A stretch of 64,000 bases of DNA from Candidatus Woesearchaeota archaeon (GCA_017610005.1 JAFCCU010000001.1:1478-65477); one strand, 5' to 3'; shown: positions 46,601 through 56,651, numbered from the stretch's first letter. A program made the numbers and translations. Notes: generated by a model not told the origin, from the letters alone.

Positions 46601-49600
46601 TTATTCTGATGGAGTCTTAACAATTAATAATGACTTAAACCCAGGAGAATATTTCTTAGAAATAACAATTACTTCAGGAACTAAAAGTAAGATTGAGACT
46701 TTATGGTTTGAAGTGCAAGCCCCTTGGGCTCAAGTATGGATGGATCAAAATAATTATGCACAAGATTCAATATTAGAATATGATTATAGTATATTTACAT
46801 TTGGTGCTCAAGGATGGTTGCTTTCTGAAGGCACATTAAATGTTGTAGAAATTGAAAACATGTGGACAGGGGTACCAACTCCTGTGGATATTAATATTTC
46901 AGCAACAGGTGAAGGGGACGATACACTTGACCTTGCACCATACAATTTAGCGCCAGGAGATTATTTACTTAGATTTAATCTAATTGAAAACCCTCAATAT
47001 GAAGAAGCACTTTACTTTAGAGTTGAAAAAGACTTTTTCTTTACTGTGGATGACGTTGTTAGTGGGAGAAATGTTACTCTTAATGTGACTGCTCACGGTC
47101 TTTCAGATAATATAAATTATACACTTACAAGATACTTTAACTTCCATGAATTTGAAGAGGTAGTTGTAGGTACAAATAATGATAATGGAGTGTTTACATT
47201 TAATGATTTAAGTAATGGATTTTATCAAGCTCAAGTAGAAATAAGAGATCCTGACACAGGAGAGTTTTATCAAGTAGATGCTCACTTTGATGTATGGATT
47301 AGAGATGTTAATATCAGTGCTCCATGGCAAGTAAATATGGGGGATACTGTCACATTTAATATAACTTCAACAATAGATACTAACTTTTGGATAATGGATC
47401 CATTTAGTCAGCAGGTTCTTGTTCAAGAGCCAATTACTGCTGGTAACCTTGAGTATCCATACGATTTTTCCTATTCAGGAAGATTCATGTACAGTTATGG
47501 AGATGATAAATGGGCTGCTTTTAGCAATGCAGAAGAAATTGAAGTTATTCAAATGGGATTTAATGTATGGTTCCCTATGAGATGGAGATACCAAACTGGG
47601 GAAGATTATGAGTTTAATATTTCAACTCCAATGAATGGCACAAATGTAACTTTAAGGATTAAAAGCCACTTTAGTGGAAATGTTACTGTGGTATCATTAG
47701 GAAAAACTCATTTAACTCCTGATACAGAAAAAACTTTTACTGTGCCTATAAATATTTCAGGGCCACAAGATTGGGAATTAACTTTAGATGTGCCAACTGG
47801 CGAAAAACCAAAGATGTACACTTTTGTTGATTCATTCCCTGATCAATATGAGATAAATGCTTGGAATGATGGCTGGGAGTATAAAGCAGGAGAAACAGTT
47901 AATGTTAAAATTGAAGTTAGAGATATTATAAATGATCAACAAGTTGCCCCCACTGGGGTTGTTGCACTAAGGATTGAAAATCCATTTGGTGCAGATATGG
48001 GTTCAGGAGCCTTAAACTGGGATTCAGGCAATCTTGCAAATATCACAACTGGTGAAGATTGGTTAACTGGACATTACCATGTTGAATTAAATGTTTCAAA
48101 AGATTCAACAGATAGGATTCAATGGTTTGACTTTTTTGTTAGAGGTAATGATAACTTAGAACTTTACTGGTGGCAAAATCAATGGGACTTTGTAGGAAAT
48201 GAAGTTTTGGAAGTGGAAATTGAAGCAAAAGATGCTGGTATTCCAAAGGCAGGTGTTTTAGCCTCACTTGATGGCTTTGAAGAAAGACCCGACAATTGGG
48301 AAACCCCACCAACTTCTCACCCCTTAGGGCCCGGATCTTACACATTTTCAACAATAGATAATAAAACTGATTCCAATGGAAGAGTAACATTTAGTATTGA
48401 GTTAAGTCAAGCAGGATTATCTAGTGGTGGTTTTGACGGAAGGTTAAATGTTGGAGGACAAATTGTTTGGTTTGGCTTTAATCTAAGGGCATATGGTTTA
48501 GATACTTACACAAATGAGTGGGAGTATGGAATAACTGATACAATTGAATTAAACATTAGAGCTAGAAATATGAATGATTGGACTCCACTTCTTGAAGATG
48601 GAAATGTTACAATTAAAGAAATTAGAAAGCATGATCCAGGAACTTGGGAACCAGTAAATGTTTCACTAGCTGCATTTGGTTTAGATAGTAACAGGACCAC
48701 AATGAATGGCGGCGAAGCATTAATAGAAATGATTGCCAATAATTCAATATTAAACATAGCAAGACCATATGAATTTGAGGTATGGTTAGAAGTTGAATTG
48801 CCATCTGGTACTGAGGAAGGCTGGGGATGGTTTAGATTAAGTAATTCAGCAAAACCAGGATTATCAATTATTGATGGCACTGATACTGTTCCAGAATCAT
48901 TTTTTGGAAATCAAGAGTATACTTTACTCTTAACTGGACCAGATGGAATGAACGCCACATTAAGAAATATGTGGGGGCCAGAATCTAAGAATTATGACTT
49001 AGAATTAGAAAGTGGATCAGAGGGGCTAGAGGTTAACTTTACCACCCCAGAATGGCCTGGTATGTATGAACTTGAAGTTGAAGTAATTCGTGATGGTGGA
49101 TGGCCAGAATACATGCATGAGCAGTTTACAATTGGTTCAGGTGTTGAATTCCATTGTCATGCCGAAGGAAATATTGTGCCTGGAGTAAATTACACTGCTA
49201 GCATGAATTTATTTGGTTCAGGTCAAGATCCTTTCTGTCCACCTGATGATGAATGGTGTAGTGAAAGAACTTGGTTTGGCCCAATGGCAAATAAGACTAT
49301 CACCTTGATTGGAATGAAAGACTTAAGTGACTTCTCATTTACTGATTTAGGAGGATTTAGTTTAACAACACAAACAGCAGTATGGCCAGACCATATGATC
49401 CCTGCAAATTGCTGGAGTTATGATGGTGATGGAGAAGCAACCTGCAATGAACAAAACAGATGTGCCTGGGGACTTAGACAACATGATCAACAGATGGGTT
49501 GTATGGATTCCTGGGAATATTGTAGTGGGGCTGCAAACACTGAAGAAGAATGTGATGAAGTTACTGCATTTGATTGTACTTGGAATTCAGGAGAAAACAT

Positions 49601-52600
49601 GTGCCAATATATGGAAGACCATATGGAAGATGAAATGACCTTCCCTGGAGATGCTACTTTTACTATTGATCCAGAATTATTGTTGTTAGAAGAGGGTAAA
49701 AAGTATGACTTCTGGTTTGTTTATACAGATGAAGAAGGCACTAATGAGACCTGTAAAATGTTTGCACAGGTTGAAAACTTCCATGTTCCAATCTCAAGAA
49801 GAGAAGAAAACTTAGCAGCAAATAGTGCTCAGAAGGTTTGGGTAAAAACACAAAGTTTGACTGGAAGTCCAATTGAAGGTTGCGATGTAAACTTCACAGG
49901 AATTTACAATGAAAAAGACTTTAGTATTGTTAGAACTTTAACAATTAATAGCGTCACTGATGAGAGGGGTGAGCTTGTATTTAATTACACTGCACCTTCA
50001 CTTCCAGGACAGTATATTGTTGAAGGTAGCGCTACTTGTAATATATCTGATGTACTTTCTAAGCAAGACTTAGCATATTGGATTGAAGTAGGGGCTAGAA
50101 ACTTAGAGGTTGACGTTAAAAGTAAGTTTGAGACTGGCGAGAATATTAAAGTCTCAGTTATTACTAGAGATAGAACTGGTAACCCTCAATCTCAAAAATT
50201 AGAGTTACAGTTATGGCATTTAAGAGAAGATTATGATATGTCAATATTCCCAGAAGGGGGCGCTAATTGCATCCCTCTTGAAGCAAAAGCAGAAGGAAAT
50301 TGGGCTTGGAATGAAGATAGTCAGTTTGAAACAGATGAGACTGGCACATTGGAAGTTGAATTATGTCCACTTCCAGGAGGAGTATATGACATAGAAATTT
50401 TCCCAATGTTTGACTTTATGATGGGAGATATGGGTGGCGACAAATTTGGTGATGATGACTTTGGATTCTTCGGAACTTTCATTGTTAGTGATATTGATGT
50501 TACAATTGAAAGTGAATTGCAGTATTCTATTGGAGATGAAGTTGAAATTAATTTAACCGCGGTTGATGAATTTGGTATTCCTATCAATGGAACTGTTGTT
50601 GCTTTTGCAGTTGATATTGAGGATTTAGCAAGCGAAGGAATGATGGGCCCAGAAGAATATGTAATTTATGAATATTCTGGAGGAGGAGTAGAACTGGATG
50701 AAAATGGTTCTGCAACCTTCACTTTTACAGTTCCAGATAATGTGACTGAAGATGAGGAAACAATTAACATCACCTTTGGACCTGCATTTTTAATGTTGAT
50801 GATCCAGGATTCAGATGGAAATATGCATAGTTATGAAGGGATGTCCTTTGTGATTAAGAGTAGCGATGATTCATCATTAACAGCTGATGCTAGCGTTATG
50901 ACTAATGAATTAATTACAGTTAATGTTACAACTGATAATGATGAACAGTATAAGGCCCAGATTGGTTCATTTTTCTTAACTGACAATCCAGACAGTATGA
51001 AAGAATGGATGATTCAAAATGGAGTTTTACTTGAAAATAAAACTGATCATAGTGAGGGTCTTTTTAAGATTTTGACTCCTAATGAACCAGGAGAGTATTA
51101 TCTTGGAGTTCCAATCTTAAGAATGGGTTCATTATTTGTTCAAGGACAAAGCCCAATGGCAAATGCAATTGAACTATTAATTACACCAATTGAAGTTAAA
51201 CTTGATGCAGTAAATGTAACTGTTGAAGTTGAAGACTTGGCAGGAGCACCTATTGAAGGAGCACTTGTTGAAATTGGAAAAAGAGAAGGCTTTACTAATG
51301 TAGATGGATATGTTTCATTAGAGATTCCAAAGGGTAAAAAATCAATCAAGGTTGAGCGTAAAACTGGTGCATTAAAACAATTCATGCAGAGTGATATGGT
51401 CAACTTTGATGTTGATAAAACTGTAAATATCTCACTTTATGAGATTGTTTTAGGAGGAAACCTTGCAGCACCATTCTTCAACATTACTGATCCAAGCTAT
51501 GAAATTTCAACTGCAAAATTGAGAATAAATGTGTCAGTAAATAATACTGGTATTGAAGACTTGGAAAACTACACAATCAAAGCAATTGCATTAAGTGGAG
51601 AAGAAAGTTTCATTGAAGATGTGCTTGCAGATTCAATTGATTATGTATTCTTCTCAAACCTTTATGCAGGCTTTGAAGATGATTCTTATGAGGTTGAATT
51701 AAGAGTTACAGATGAAGAATGGAATGGTACAGCTTATTTCCTTGTAGATGATACAGGTGTTAATTCAACTGTTGGTGCAAGATACTTGCGAGAATACACA
51801 GTTGAAACCTATGCAACAGCAGGAGATGGTATTGATAACGATAAAGACGGAAGAATTGACGAAGAGATAGATAATAATAAGGATGACGATGGCGACGGTT
51901 TGATTGATGAAGATTTGGAGGGCGAAGATTACTTTGAATTTTGTGGTAATGGCTTTTGCTCATGGGAAGAATCAGAAGGTGGACACTGTTGGGAAGATTG
52001 TGCAGTAGGTTCAGTTTGTGGTGATGGTTTTTGTGATGATGATGAAGAATTTAATTGTCCAGAAGATTGCGTAGAGCCAGGGAATCTTTGTTCGCCAAAG
52101 ATGATGTGTACAGAAGATGGAATGTGGTGTAATGAATTTGGTGTAAAACAACCTGCTTCTCATTGTGAGATGCAGTGTGGACCAGATGCCTGTTGGAAGT
52201 GTTCAATTGGTGAATGTTCTAACTATGCAGATTCTTGTGAAGTTAGAGCTTTTGACAGTGGTGATGAATGTGACTTCAAGAAGGAATGTTCACCTGAACA
52301 ATGTTGGAATTGTGATGATGAGTCAACTTGCGACGATACCTCATTTTGCTTATGGGAGGATAATGATTGGGGGGGAGAATGCTTCCAACCAAATGGATGT
52401 GACAATGTCTGCTTTGACTGTTATGATCAAACTTCTTGTGATACTTCTGATGCAGAGATGGATGGAGTTGGGTGTATATGGAATGAAGATAACTATGGCT
52501 CATGGTGCATGTGGAACTTCACAAATAATATGCAGGGAGAAGTTGGAAATATCTGGTTAGCTGCAGTCAACGACACTCCAGAGTGGAATGCAATAGCTGA

Positions 52601-54338
52601 TATGGATGGTATGAGTGGCAATAGTGGAACTGGACTTACTCCAGGTATTTATTATATATTAACTGATATTGGTAAATCCAGATTTAACTTAACTAGAAAT
52701 GGACAAGAAATTGACATTTTCAATAATGAAAATGGCTTCTGGAGACTCTTCTCAACTAGTTCGGCAATTACCTTCCTTGATGGAGATTACACAATTGAAT
52801 TAGATGATATGAATAGCGATGACAACGTTATTTGGGAAGTCTCATTTGGTTCACAAGTTGAAGGTTATCCAGAGTTAAATCTCTCTGCGGCAGAAGTGGA
52901 CATTGGCAACAATGACACTAATATATGGTTTGAGATTTATGTGGAAGATCTTTCAGTAGCACCATTTTGTGATGAACAGATAGATCAGGCTAACTTCCTT
53001 TATTGGGAAGTGTACCTTGATACTGTGTCTGGGCAGGGGTGCGATGATCCGGATTGCTTAATTCCTTATGATTATGCAATTACTTTTGAATCAGATTCCG
53101 GTGGCAACTTAAATGCATATATTGATGCATGGACTGGCAGTGACTGGGGATTCTTTGAAGATTTTGAGGTTAACTACACTTATCTTTGTGAGACTGACTT
53201 CATCAACCTCTCGGTATTGAGGGCGGATGTGAATGCTTCCTTGTGTGAAGCCATAACAGTGAGTTTTGAGAGTTCATATGGGGATGGCCAGGATGAGCAG
53301 GCAGTGAGGAATGTTGAAAATATCCAGTACATACTTGAAGGGGATTGCGCAGTGTGTGGCAATGGGATTGTTGAAGCTGGAGAAGAGTGCGATGGCATTA
53401 ACCTTGGCAATGAGAACTGCAACTCTGGAATCTTCCAAGGGGCTTTTAACGGAGGTACTTTGAGCTGCAATGCTACATGCGGGTTCAACACCACGGCGTG
53501 TACAGTAGGAGGTTACTCGCTCTCAGGCCAGGTTAACGGTTCAACTATTGTTGGCGCAGAAATTGACCTTTATAACCGTTCTAATGGCGAGTTTGTGGTT
53601 TCTGTCCAAACAAATGCCCAGGGAGATTTTTCAATGGAAGGTTTAAAGCAAGGAGTCTATGACATTGAGATTTATATGCCTGCAGACCATGAGCTTGAGG
53701 ATATTGAGATTTTGATTGATAACTTAACTATAGAAGGAGAGGAAATCATGAATGTGCTTATGCCTCACTTGTATGTATTCCCTTTTATTGGAGAGCAAAT
53801 GGTAGGAGGAGGGTATGCACAAATTCAAAATGGGACTGAACTCAACTTCAGCGTGGAAATTAATAACACAGAAACTTACGAGATAAATGTTTCATTTGAA
53901 TTCAATGCTTCTGAAGTAGGTGATGACTTTAATGATTCTATTACTGGGATTCCGGTCTCAGGAGGTGGATTAGAGGCACCATTTTATTCCTTTACTCCGA
54001 CCATACTTGGAGAAGCACTGCTTAAATTCAATTTATTTTTTGAAATTCCATTTAATGAAGTTGTGTTCGGAACCTCTGCTTTAAATAATGCTTTACTTCA
54101 GGTTGAGGTGTTTAACATTGGTGTGTTAGTAAATGTGACTCAAGGAGGCGCACAGTGTGATTTTGGTGACCTTGGTTCTTGCGAGGCTGCACCGGATTGT
54201 GGGTGGGCCGACCCTCCAGGAGAGGACCCTGCGGAGTGCGTACCCTGCTTTGAGATAACTGCATTTGGTGAAGGGCCGTGCGAAGCTTCCTTAGGGTGTC
54301 ATTGGTTAGATTCTGAATGTGTTGGTGATGTGCAATGA
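43620..54338 (+). CDS. Giant (3572 aa) secreted acidic surface protein: tandem macroglobulin-like/Ig beta-sandwiches, Asp-rich Ca-binding loops, Cys-rich repeats
   Basis: Signal peptide; repeated F.PG..V...V...G.Y units; DGIDNDKDGRIDE; CGNG/CGDG repeats; no C-terminal TM. Confidence 0.85.
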   Translation: MEMKRGIVSKYFILVVMCLLFSSVFASAEVLTLNLNQAEFEEGKTARVFGYVLDDSLGGKPNNITDMYLDGVFVSTQTSDSEGFYEEFLTNLTAGIHNVSVNTSSSTQVLPFTVYVTASIPSYQIIASSLTVPYKTHTLNFTVKKYSGSTLSSDTIEYEVFHQNGSLYTSGNLTSDVEESLVLPQIVGSYTITLEGKKSFVAQVSKFDLKFKISDIGGNFKEVFKPNGIAYFEVEGFSNGQKITNATVTAEVTSPSGAVSTVSFVETEGTYNGNTNVTLSGTPITLMGGDYDVEFIAKDPSNNEQRVKGFFKVLGLAVDLDLQNKKPYVEEDTITFDVIVKNLEDGTLVNHSDVVYTIELEKDGKFYDTTFITPTASSNSAKTSLISFDIPSEFDDGDYFLNVKANSNGKLGYGKEYFLVRNTEFFIELSDNYGWYRDSFQPGELAKLQAHSEDNITFLQVFVYDELGALKSQVNISGESTSMEVTFNVPSNQDDYFAEVHGTINGEEIIDDRWFAVQNYFSFLDVKNLDNQFQFMIPGDEGFLTEIRVMDVAKGEGVDLSNFVVKFDRILNEETEVAYTSIKATENSTYSNRETGQIVFNIASMNLPNGHYKIEYTLIDENGKSFKGKGWFGVSSFFVDVSTYSETSQRKEVFSPGDTINVSVNIGTETGNATIYREFFDPITFEFHNGEGSTLLTASANELPSETGWYPFGVEVELNTGDEGFGEGWFEIRSLNFRSIVAKDAGEFSSGDDVIVDVVVEQSGVVVEGADIYLERVVRAQDWQDVSATAGLNATDSQGRAALTITPGEPLPPGDYFADIRAEYQNDMVWGGLGFRVTGDDVLITIDSTDNSFAQTETVPINVKVIDSSGSPKENVTVSLVGIMNLETWGPVPISKAAVNTSSSGIATFSLSAANYNPGRYAPIINISTIDSVIVGFGDGEFEIKPFDSTLGFQGDESFAIAETILVDVTIVGTVTVTAEVKDMDNNVQTIDYFYSDGVLTINNDLNPGEYFLEITITSGTKSKIETLWFEVQAPWAQVWMDQNNYAQDSILEYDYSIFTFGAQGWLLSEGTLNVVEIENMWTGVPTPVDINISATGEGDDTLDLAPYNLAPGDYLLRFNLIENPQYEEALYFRVEKDFFFTVDDVVSGRNVTLNVTAHGLSDNINYTLTRYFNFHEFEEVVVGTNNDNGVFTFNDLSNGFYQAQVEIRDPDTGEFYQVDAHFDVWIRDVNISAPWQVNMGDTVTFNITSTIDTNFWIMDPFSQQVLVQEPITAGNLEYPYDFSYSGRFMYSYGDDKWAAFSNAEEIEVIQMGFNVWFPMRWRYQTGEDYEFNISTPMNGTNVTLRIKSHFSGNVTVVSLGKTHLTPDTEKTFTVPINISGPQDWELTLDVPTGEKPKMYTFVDSFPDQYEINAWNDGWEYKAGETVNVKIEVRDIINDQQVAPTGVVALRIENPFGADMGSGALNWDSGNLANITTGEDWLTGHYHVELNVSKDSTDRIQWFDFFVRGNDNLELYWWQNQWDFVGNEVLEVEIEAKDAGIPKAGVLASLDGFEERPDNWETPPTSHPLGPGSYTFSTIDNKTDSNGRVTFSIELSQAGLSSGGFDGRLNVGGQIVWFGFNLRAYGLDTYTNEWEYGITDTIELNIRARNMNDWTPLLEDGNVTIKEIRKHDPGTWEPVNVSLAAFGLDSNRTTMNGGEALIEMIANNSILNIARPYEFEVWLEVELPSGTEEGWGWFRLSNSAKPGLSIIDGTDTVPESFFGNQEYTLLLTGPDGMNATLRNMWGPESKNYDLELESGSEGLEVNFTTPEWPGMYELEVEVIRDGGWPEYMHEQFTIGSGVEFHCHAEGNIVPGVNYTASMNLFGSGQDPFCPPDDEWCSERTWFGPMANKTITLIGMKDLSDFSFTDLGGFSLTTQTAVWPDHMIPANCWSYDGDGEATCNEQNRCAWGLRQHDQQMGCMDSWEYCSGAANTEEECDEVTAFDCTWNSGENMCQYMEDHMEDEMTFPGDATFTIDPELLLLEEGKKYDFWFVYTDEEGTNETCKMFAQVENFHVPISRREENLAANSAQKVWVKTQSLTGSPIEGCDVNFTGIYNEKDFSIVRTLTINSVTDERGELVFNYTAPSLPGQYIVEGSATCNISDVLSKQDLAYWIEVGARNLEVDVKSKFETGENIKVSVITRDRTGNPQSQKLELQLWHLREDYDMSIFPEGGANCIPLEAKAEGNWAWNEDSQFETDETGTLEVELCPLPGGVYDIEIFPMFDFMMGDMGGDKFGDDDFGFFGTFIVSDIDVTIESELQYSIGDEVEINLTAVDEFGIPINGTVVAFAVDIEDLASEGMMGPEEYVIYEYSGGGVELDENGSATFTFTVPDNVTEDEETINITFGPAFLMLMIQDSDGNMHSYEGMSFVIKSSDDSSLTADASVMTNELITVNVTTDNDEQYKAQIGSFFLTDNPDSMKEWMIQNGVLLENKTDHSEGLFKILTPNEPGEYYLGVPILRMGSLFVQGQSPMANAIELLITPIEVKLDAVNVTVEVEDLAGAPIEGALVEIGKREGFTNVDGYVSLEIPKGKKSIKVERKTGALKQFMQSDMVNFDVDKTVNISLYEIVLGGNLAAPFFNITDPSYEISTAKLRINVSVNNTGIEDLENYTIKAIALSGEESFIEDVLADSIDYVFFSNLYAGFEDDSYEVELRVTDEEWNGTAYFLVDDTGVNSTVGARYLREYTVETYATAGDGIDNDKDGRIDEEIDNNKDDDGDGLIDEDLEGEDYFEFCGNGFCSWEESEGGHCWEDCAVGSVCGDGFCDDDEEFNCPEDCVEPGNLCSPKMMCTEDGMWCNEFGVKQPASHCEMQCGPDACWKCSIGECSNYADSCEVRAFDSGDECDFKKECSPEQCWNCDDESTCDDTSFCLWEDNDWGGECFQPNGCDNVCFDCYDQTSCDTSDAEMDGVGCIWNEDNYGSWCMWNFTNNMQGEVGNIWLAAVNDTPEWNAIADMDGMSGNSGTGLTPGIYYILTDIGKSRFNLTRNGQEIDIFNNENGFWRLFSTSSAITFLDGDYTIELDDMNSDDNVIWEVSFGSQVEGYPELNLSAAEVDIGNNDTNIWFEIYVEDLSVAPFCDEQIDQANFLYWEVYLDTVSGQGCDDPDCLIPYDYAITFESDSGGNLNAYIDAWTGSDWGFFEDFEVNYTYLCETDFINLSVLRADVNASLCEAITVSFESSYGDGQDEQAVRNVENIQYILEGDCAVCGNGIVEAGEECDGINLGNENCNSGIFQGAFNGGTLSCNATCGFNTTACTVGGYSLSGQVNGSTIVGAEIDLYNRSNGEFVVSVQTNAQGDFSMEGLKQGVYDIEIYMPADHELEDIEILIDNLTIEGEEIMNVLMPHLYVFPFIGEQMVGGGYAQIQNGTELNFSVEINNTETYEINVSFEFNASEVGDDFNDSITGIPVSGGGLEAPFYSFTPTILGEALLKFNLFFEIPFNEVVFGTSALNNALLQVEVFNIGVLVNVTQGGAQCDFGDLGSCEAAPDCGWADPPGEDPAECVPCFEITAFGEGPCEASLGCHWLDSECVGDVQ

Positions 54339-55627
54339 AAACAACAATAATTTTTACATTAATTTTTGTGCTTGCAATGGGTTTGGCAAATGCAGCTACT
54401 CTTACCTGCGAACAGACAACAAGTAGTTCACTTGAAGTTGCGCAGTTTTCAAGTACATCGGTTCAAATTCAATGTACTGCATCAGGGGGAACTGTAAGTA
54501 ACATACAGATTACTCCAAACCCAAATCCAGGTACTGGTTTATCTATTTCAACAACTTCAAGCATGTCATCAAGTCTTGGAGATACCGAGAGTGATACAGT
54601 TGAATGGAGCGTAACAGGAGATACTCCAAATACTTATGCTGTGGCTTACAGTTTGGTATCTGATGGTACAGAAGCCTGGATTGGAGCAGATTCAACAACA
54701 ATTGAAGTTGTAGCTGTTGCACAGTTGCAAGTGGAATATGTATCTCCTCCAAGTCAATACTCGGATGGAGAAACTCTTAATGTAAAGATCACAAATATTG
54801 GAGGAACAACTGCTAACAGTGTTAAATTAAAATTAAATTCAGGTAGTAAATTAAATTATCCTTCGACAATTAGTGCTAATTCACAAGCAAGTTATTCATG
54901 GACAAGTTCAACTGGATTTGACGAAGCTGATAATTATACAACAACTGTGTATATTGGAGATGTTCAACATGATACTGTTGCTACTGAAGTGAAGAGTGAT
55001 GGATCAAGTTCAACAACCACAACATCCATTGCAGCTACAACCACAAGCACTGCTTCTAGCGGAGGAGGAGGCGGAGCTGGCGCAGCACCTGCAGCTTATG
55101 GTACTTATTCCATGGCCTTAAAACAGGAAATGTTTGCATTAAAAATTCAAGACCGCGTGTCATTCACAGCAGGTAATTCTCCTCACACAGCAAGAGTGCT
55201 GGGAATTACCTCTGAAGAAGTCACAGTTGAAATAACATCTGACCCAATTGAAGTAACTGTTCAAAAAGGAAGCAGTGTTAAGATTGATTTAGATTCAGAT
55301 GATATCTACGATCTTCAATTAAGATGTGATAGAATTGCAAATGCTTCAGGGGTATTAACAGCAGACTTAGACTTCAAAATGATAGAGGAAACAATACCTG
55401 AAGGAACTGTTGTTGAAGATGGCGTCTCACAACCGGTTGTTGATTCAACCGAAGAAACAGAAGAAACAGAAGAAGATGAAACTGGTGGCAGAAGGAAGGT
55501 TACAAGCGGTGGAGATGGCGAAGAAAAACCCAATTGGATTATTCCAATAATCTTAATTATTGTTGGAGTATTAATTGTTGCTGCAATTGTTGTAAAGATT
55601 GCAATTCAACACAAAAAAGAACAATAA
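54335..55627 (+). CDS. Membrane-anchored surface protein with Thr/Ser/Gly linker
   Basis: Signal peptide, TTTT/SSGGGGG linker, C-terminal TM plus basic tail. ATGA overlap with the giant gene. Confidence 0.85.
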   Translation: MKTTIIFTLIFVLAMGLANAATLTCEQTTSSSLEVAQFSSTSVQIQCTASGGTVSNIQITPNPNPGTGLSISTTSSMSSSLGDTESDTVEWSVTGDTPNTYAVAYSLVSDGTEAWIGADSTTIEVVAVAQLQVEYVSPPSQYSDGETLNVKITNIGGTTANSVKLKLNSGSKLNYPSTISANSQASYSWTSSTGFDEADNYTTTVYIGDVQHDTVATEVKSDGSSSTTTTSIAATTTSTASSGGGGGAGAAPAAYGTYSMALKQEMFALKIQDRVSFTAGNSPHTARVLGITSEEVTVEITSDPIEVTVQKGSSVKIDLDSDDIYDLQLRCDRIANASGVLTADLDFKMIEETIPEGTVVEDGVSQPVVDSTEETEETEEDETGGRRKVTSGGDGEEKPNWIIPIILIIVGVLIVAAIVVKIAIQHKKEQ

Positions 55628-55634
55628 ACTTTTT

Positions 55635-56189
55635 TTAACCTTTTTCTTTAATTATATTTGCTTGAAACTTATAGATTTTACAATCTTTATCAAGCCAAGA
55701 ACTTCTAGACAATCCTGCTTTAATACTTAATTGTTCCAAAAATTCGCGTGAATCCCATCCAAATTCCCCAGGCACTTGGGGCAATAGTAACCCCGAATGA
55801 AAGTTTTTCTCTAAAATCAATCCATCTGTTCCAACCTTAATTTTTTTTGGATATTCCCTTGGATCATTAACCTTAATAAAAGTTGGAACACTTAACACTG
55901 AAACCTCAAAACTCAAATCTCCCAGTTCTTCTTTAGTTACTGGTGGAAATCTAGGATCTTGAAATGCTGCTGCAAGTGAAGCTTTCATTGTAGCCTGCCA
56001 TAAAGGATATAATGGAACTGGAAACCCTATGCATCCTCTCAAAGTTCCATCTTTTTTAATAGTTACAAAAACCCCTTGTTTTAATGAAAATAATTCTTTA
56101 GTTTTGAAAAAATTAGGAGCTTCTCCAGTAAGATGACCAGAAACAGTTTCTTTTGCAAGCTTTAATAGCAACTTGCCGTTTTTAATCAT
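55635..56189 (-). CDS. AMMECR1-domain protein
   Basis: GVFVT...LRGCIG, AAFQDPRF, EVSVLS, GLLLPQV, KAGL. Confidence 0.95.
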   Translation of the reverse strand: MIKNGKLLLKLAKETVSGHLTGEAPNFFKTKELFSLKQGVFVTIKKDGTLRGCIGFPVPLYPLWQATMKASLAAAFQDPRFPPVTKEELGDLSFEVSVLSVPTFIKVNDPREYPKKIKVGTDGLILEKNFHSGLLLPQVPGEFGWDSREFLEQLSIKAGLSRSSWLDKDCKIYKFQANIIKEKG

Positions 56190-56458
56190 TTTAGTTTGTC
56201 AAAAGCACCTACAAAATCTTTATTTCTTTTCTTTAATCTGTCTACTGCTGATTTAAGAGCATCTCTTGGACTCCCGCTTTTAGTTTTAACAATCATTTCA
56301 GGAATTCCAATTAATGGATGTGCAATATTATATGTTGCAAATTCAACATTTTTATCTGTGATAAGCTCATTTTTTAGTGCATTACATAGAGTATGGCCTT
56401 CACCATGAAGCTCAAATGTAATCCTGTCTTTTTTATCCTCAATAATCTTGATTTCCAT
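56186..56458 (-). CDS. rpoL: RNA polymerase subunit L (Rpo11)
   Basis: GEGHTLCNAL and YNIAHPL. Confidence 0.95.
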   Translation of the reverse strand: MEIKIIEDKKDRITFELHGEGHTLCNALKNELITDKNVEFATYNIAHPLIGIPEMIVKTKSGSPRDALKSAVDRLKKRNKDFVGAFDKLK

Positions 56459-56499
56459 TTTATCTCAAGAGTGAAGGTGGTATTTAAAAATGTTTCCCC

Positions 56500-56614
56500 T
56501 CAAACCTTTGGAAAAGCACGAGAAAATCTTCGATTTTCTGTGTCCTAAAAATCTTCGATTCTTTATGAGTTTGATCGAAAATGGGGTTCTCCGAACCCCT
56601 TTGTCTGCGACAAA
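56500..56614. repeat. Cluster of four triloop hairpins (REP/MITE-like)
   Basis: AGAAAATC-TTC-GATTTTCT, AAAAATC-TTC-GATTCTTT, GGGGTTC-TCC-GAACCCC, TTTGTC-TGC-GACAAA. Confidence 0.75.
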
Positions 56615-56651
56615 ACGAAAAGTTTTTATTAGCAACCTTAAGAGAGATTAT

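Noticed and set aside
43620-54338. True alpha-2-macroglobulin
   Set aside because: No GCGEQ-type thioester in a helical domain. The single CNEQ lies in a Cys-rich repeat and looks coincidental.
55451-55480. GAAGAAACA 9-bp repeat
   Set aside because: Codon-level repeat encoding an EET linker, unrelated to the heptamer family.
56490-56651. N-terminal extension of the ITPase in the ORF track
   Set aside because: It translates the hairpin element and promoter; the family N-terminus begins at ATG 56652.
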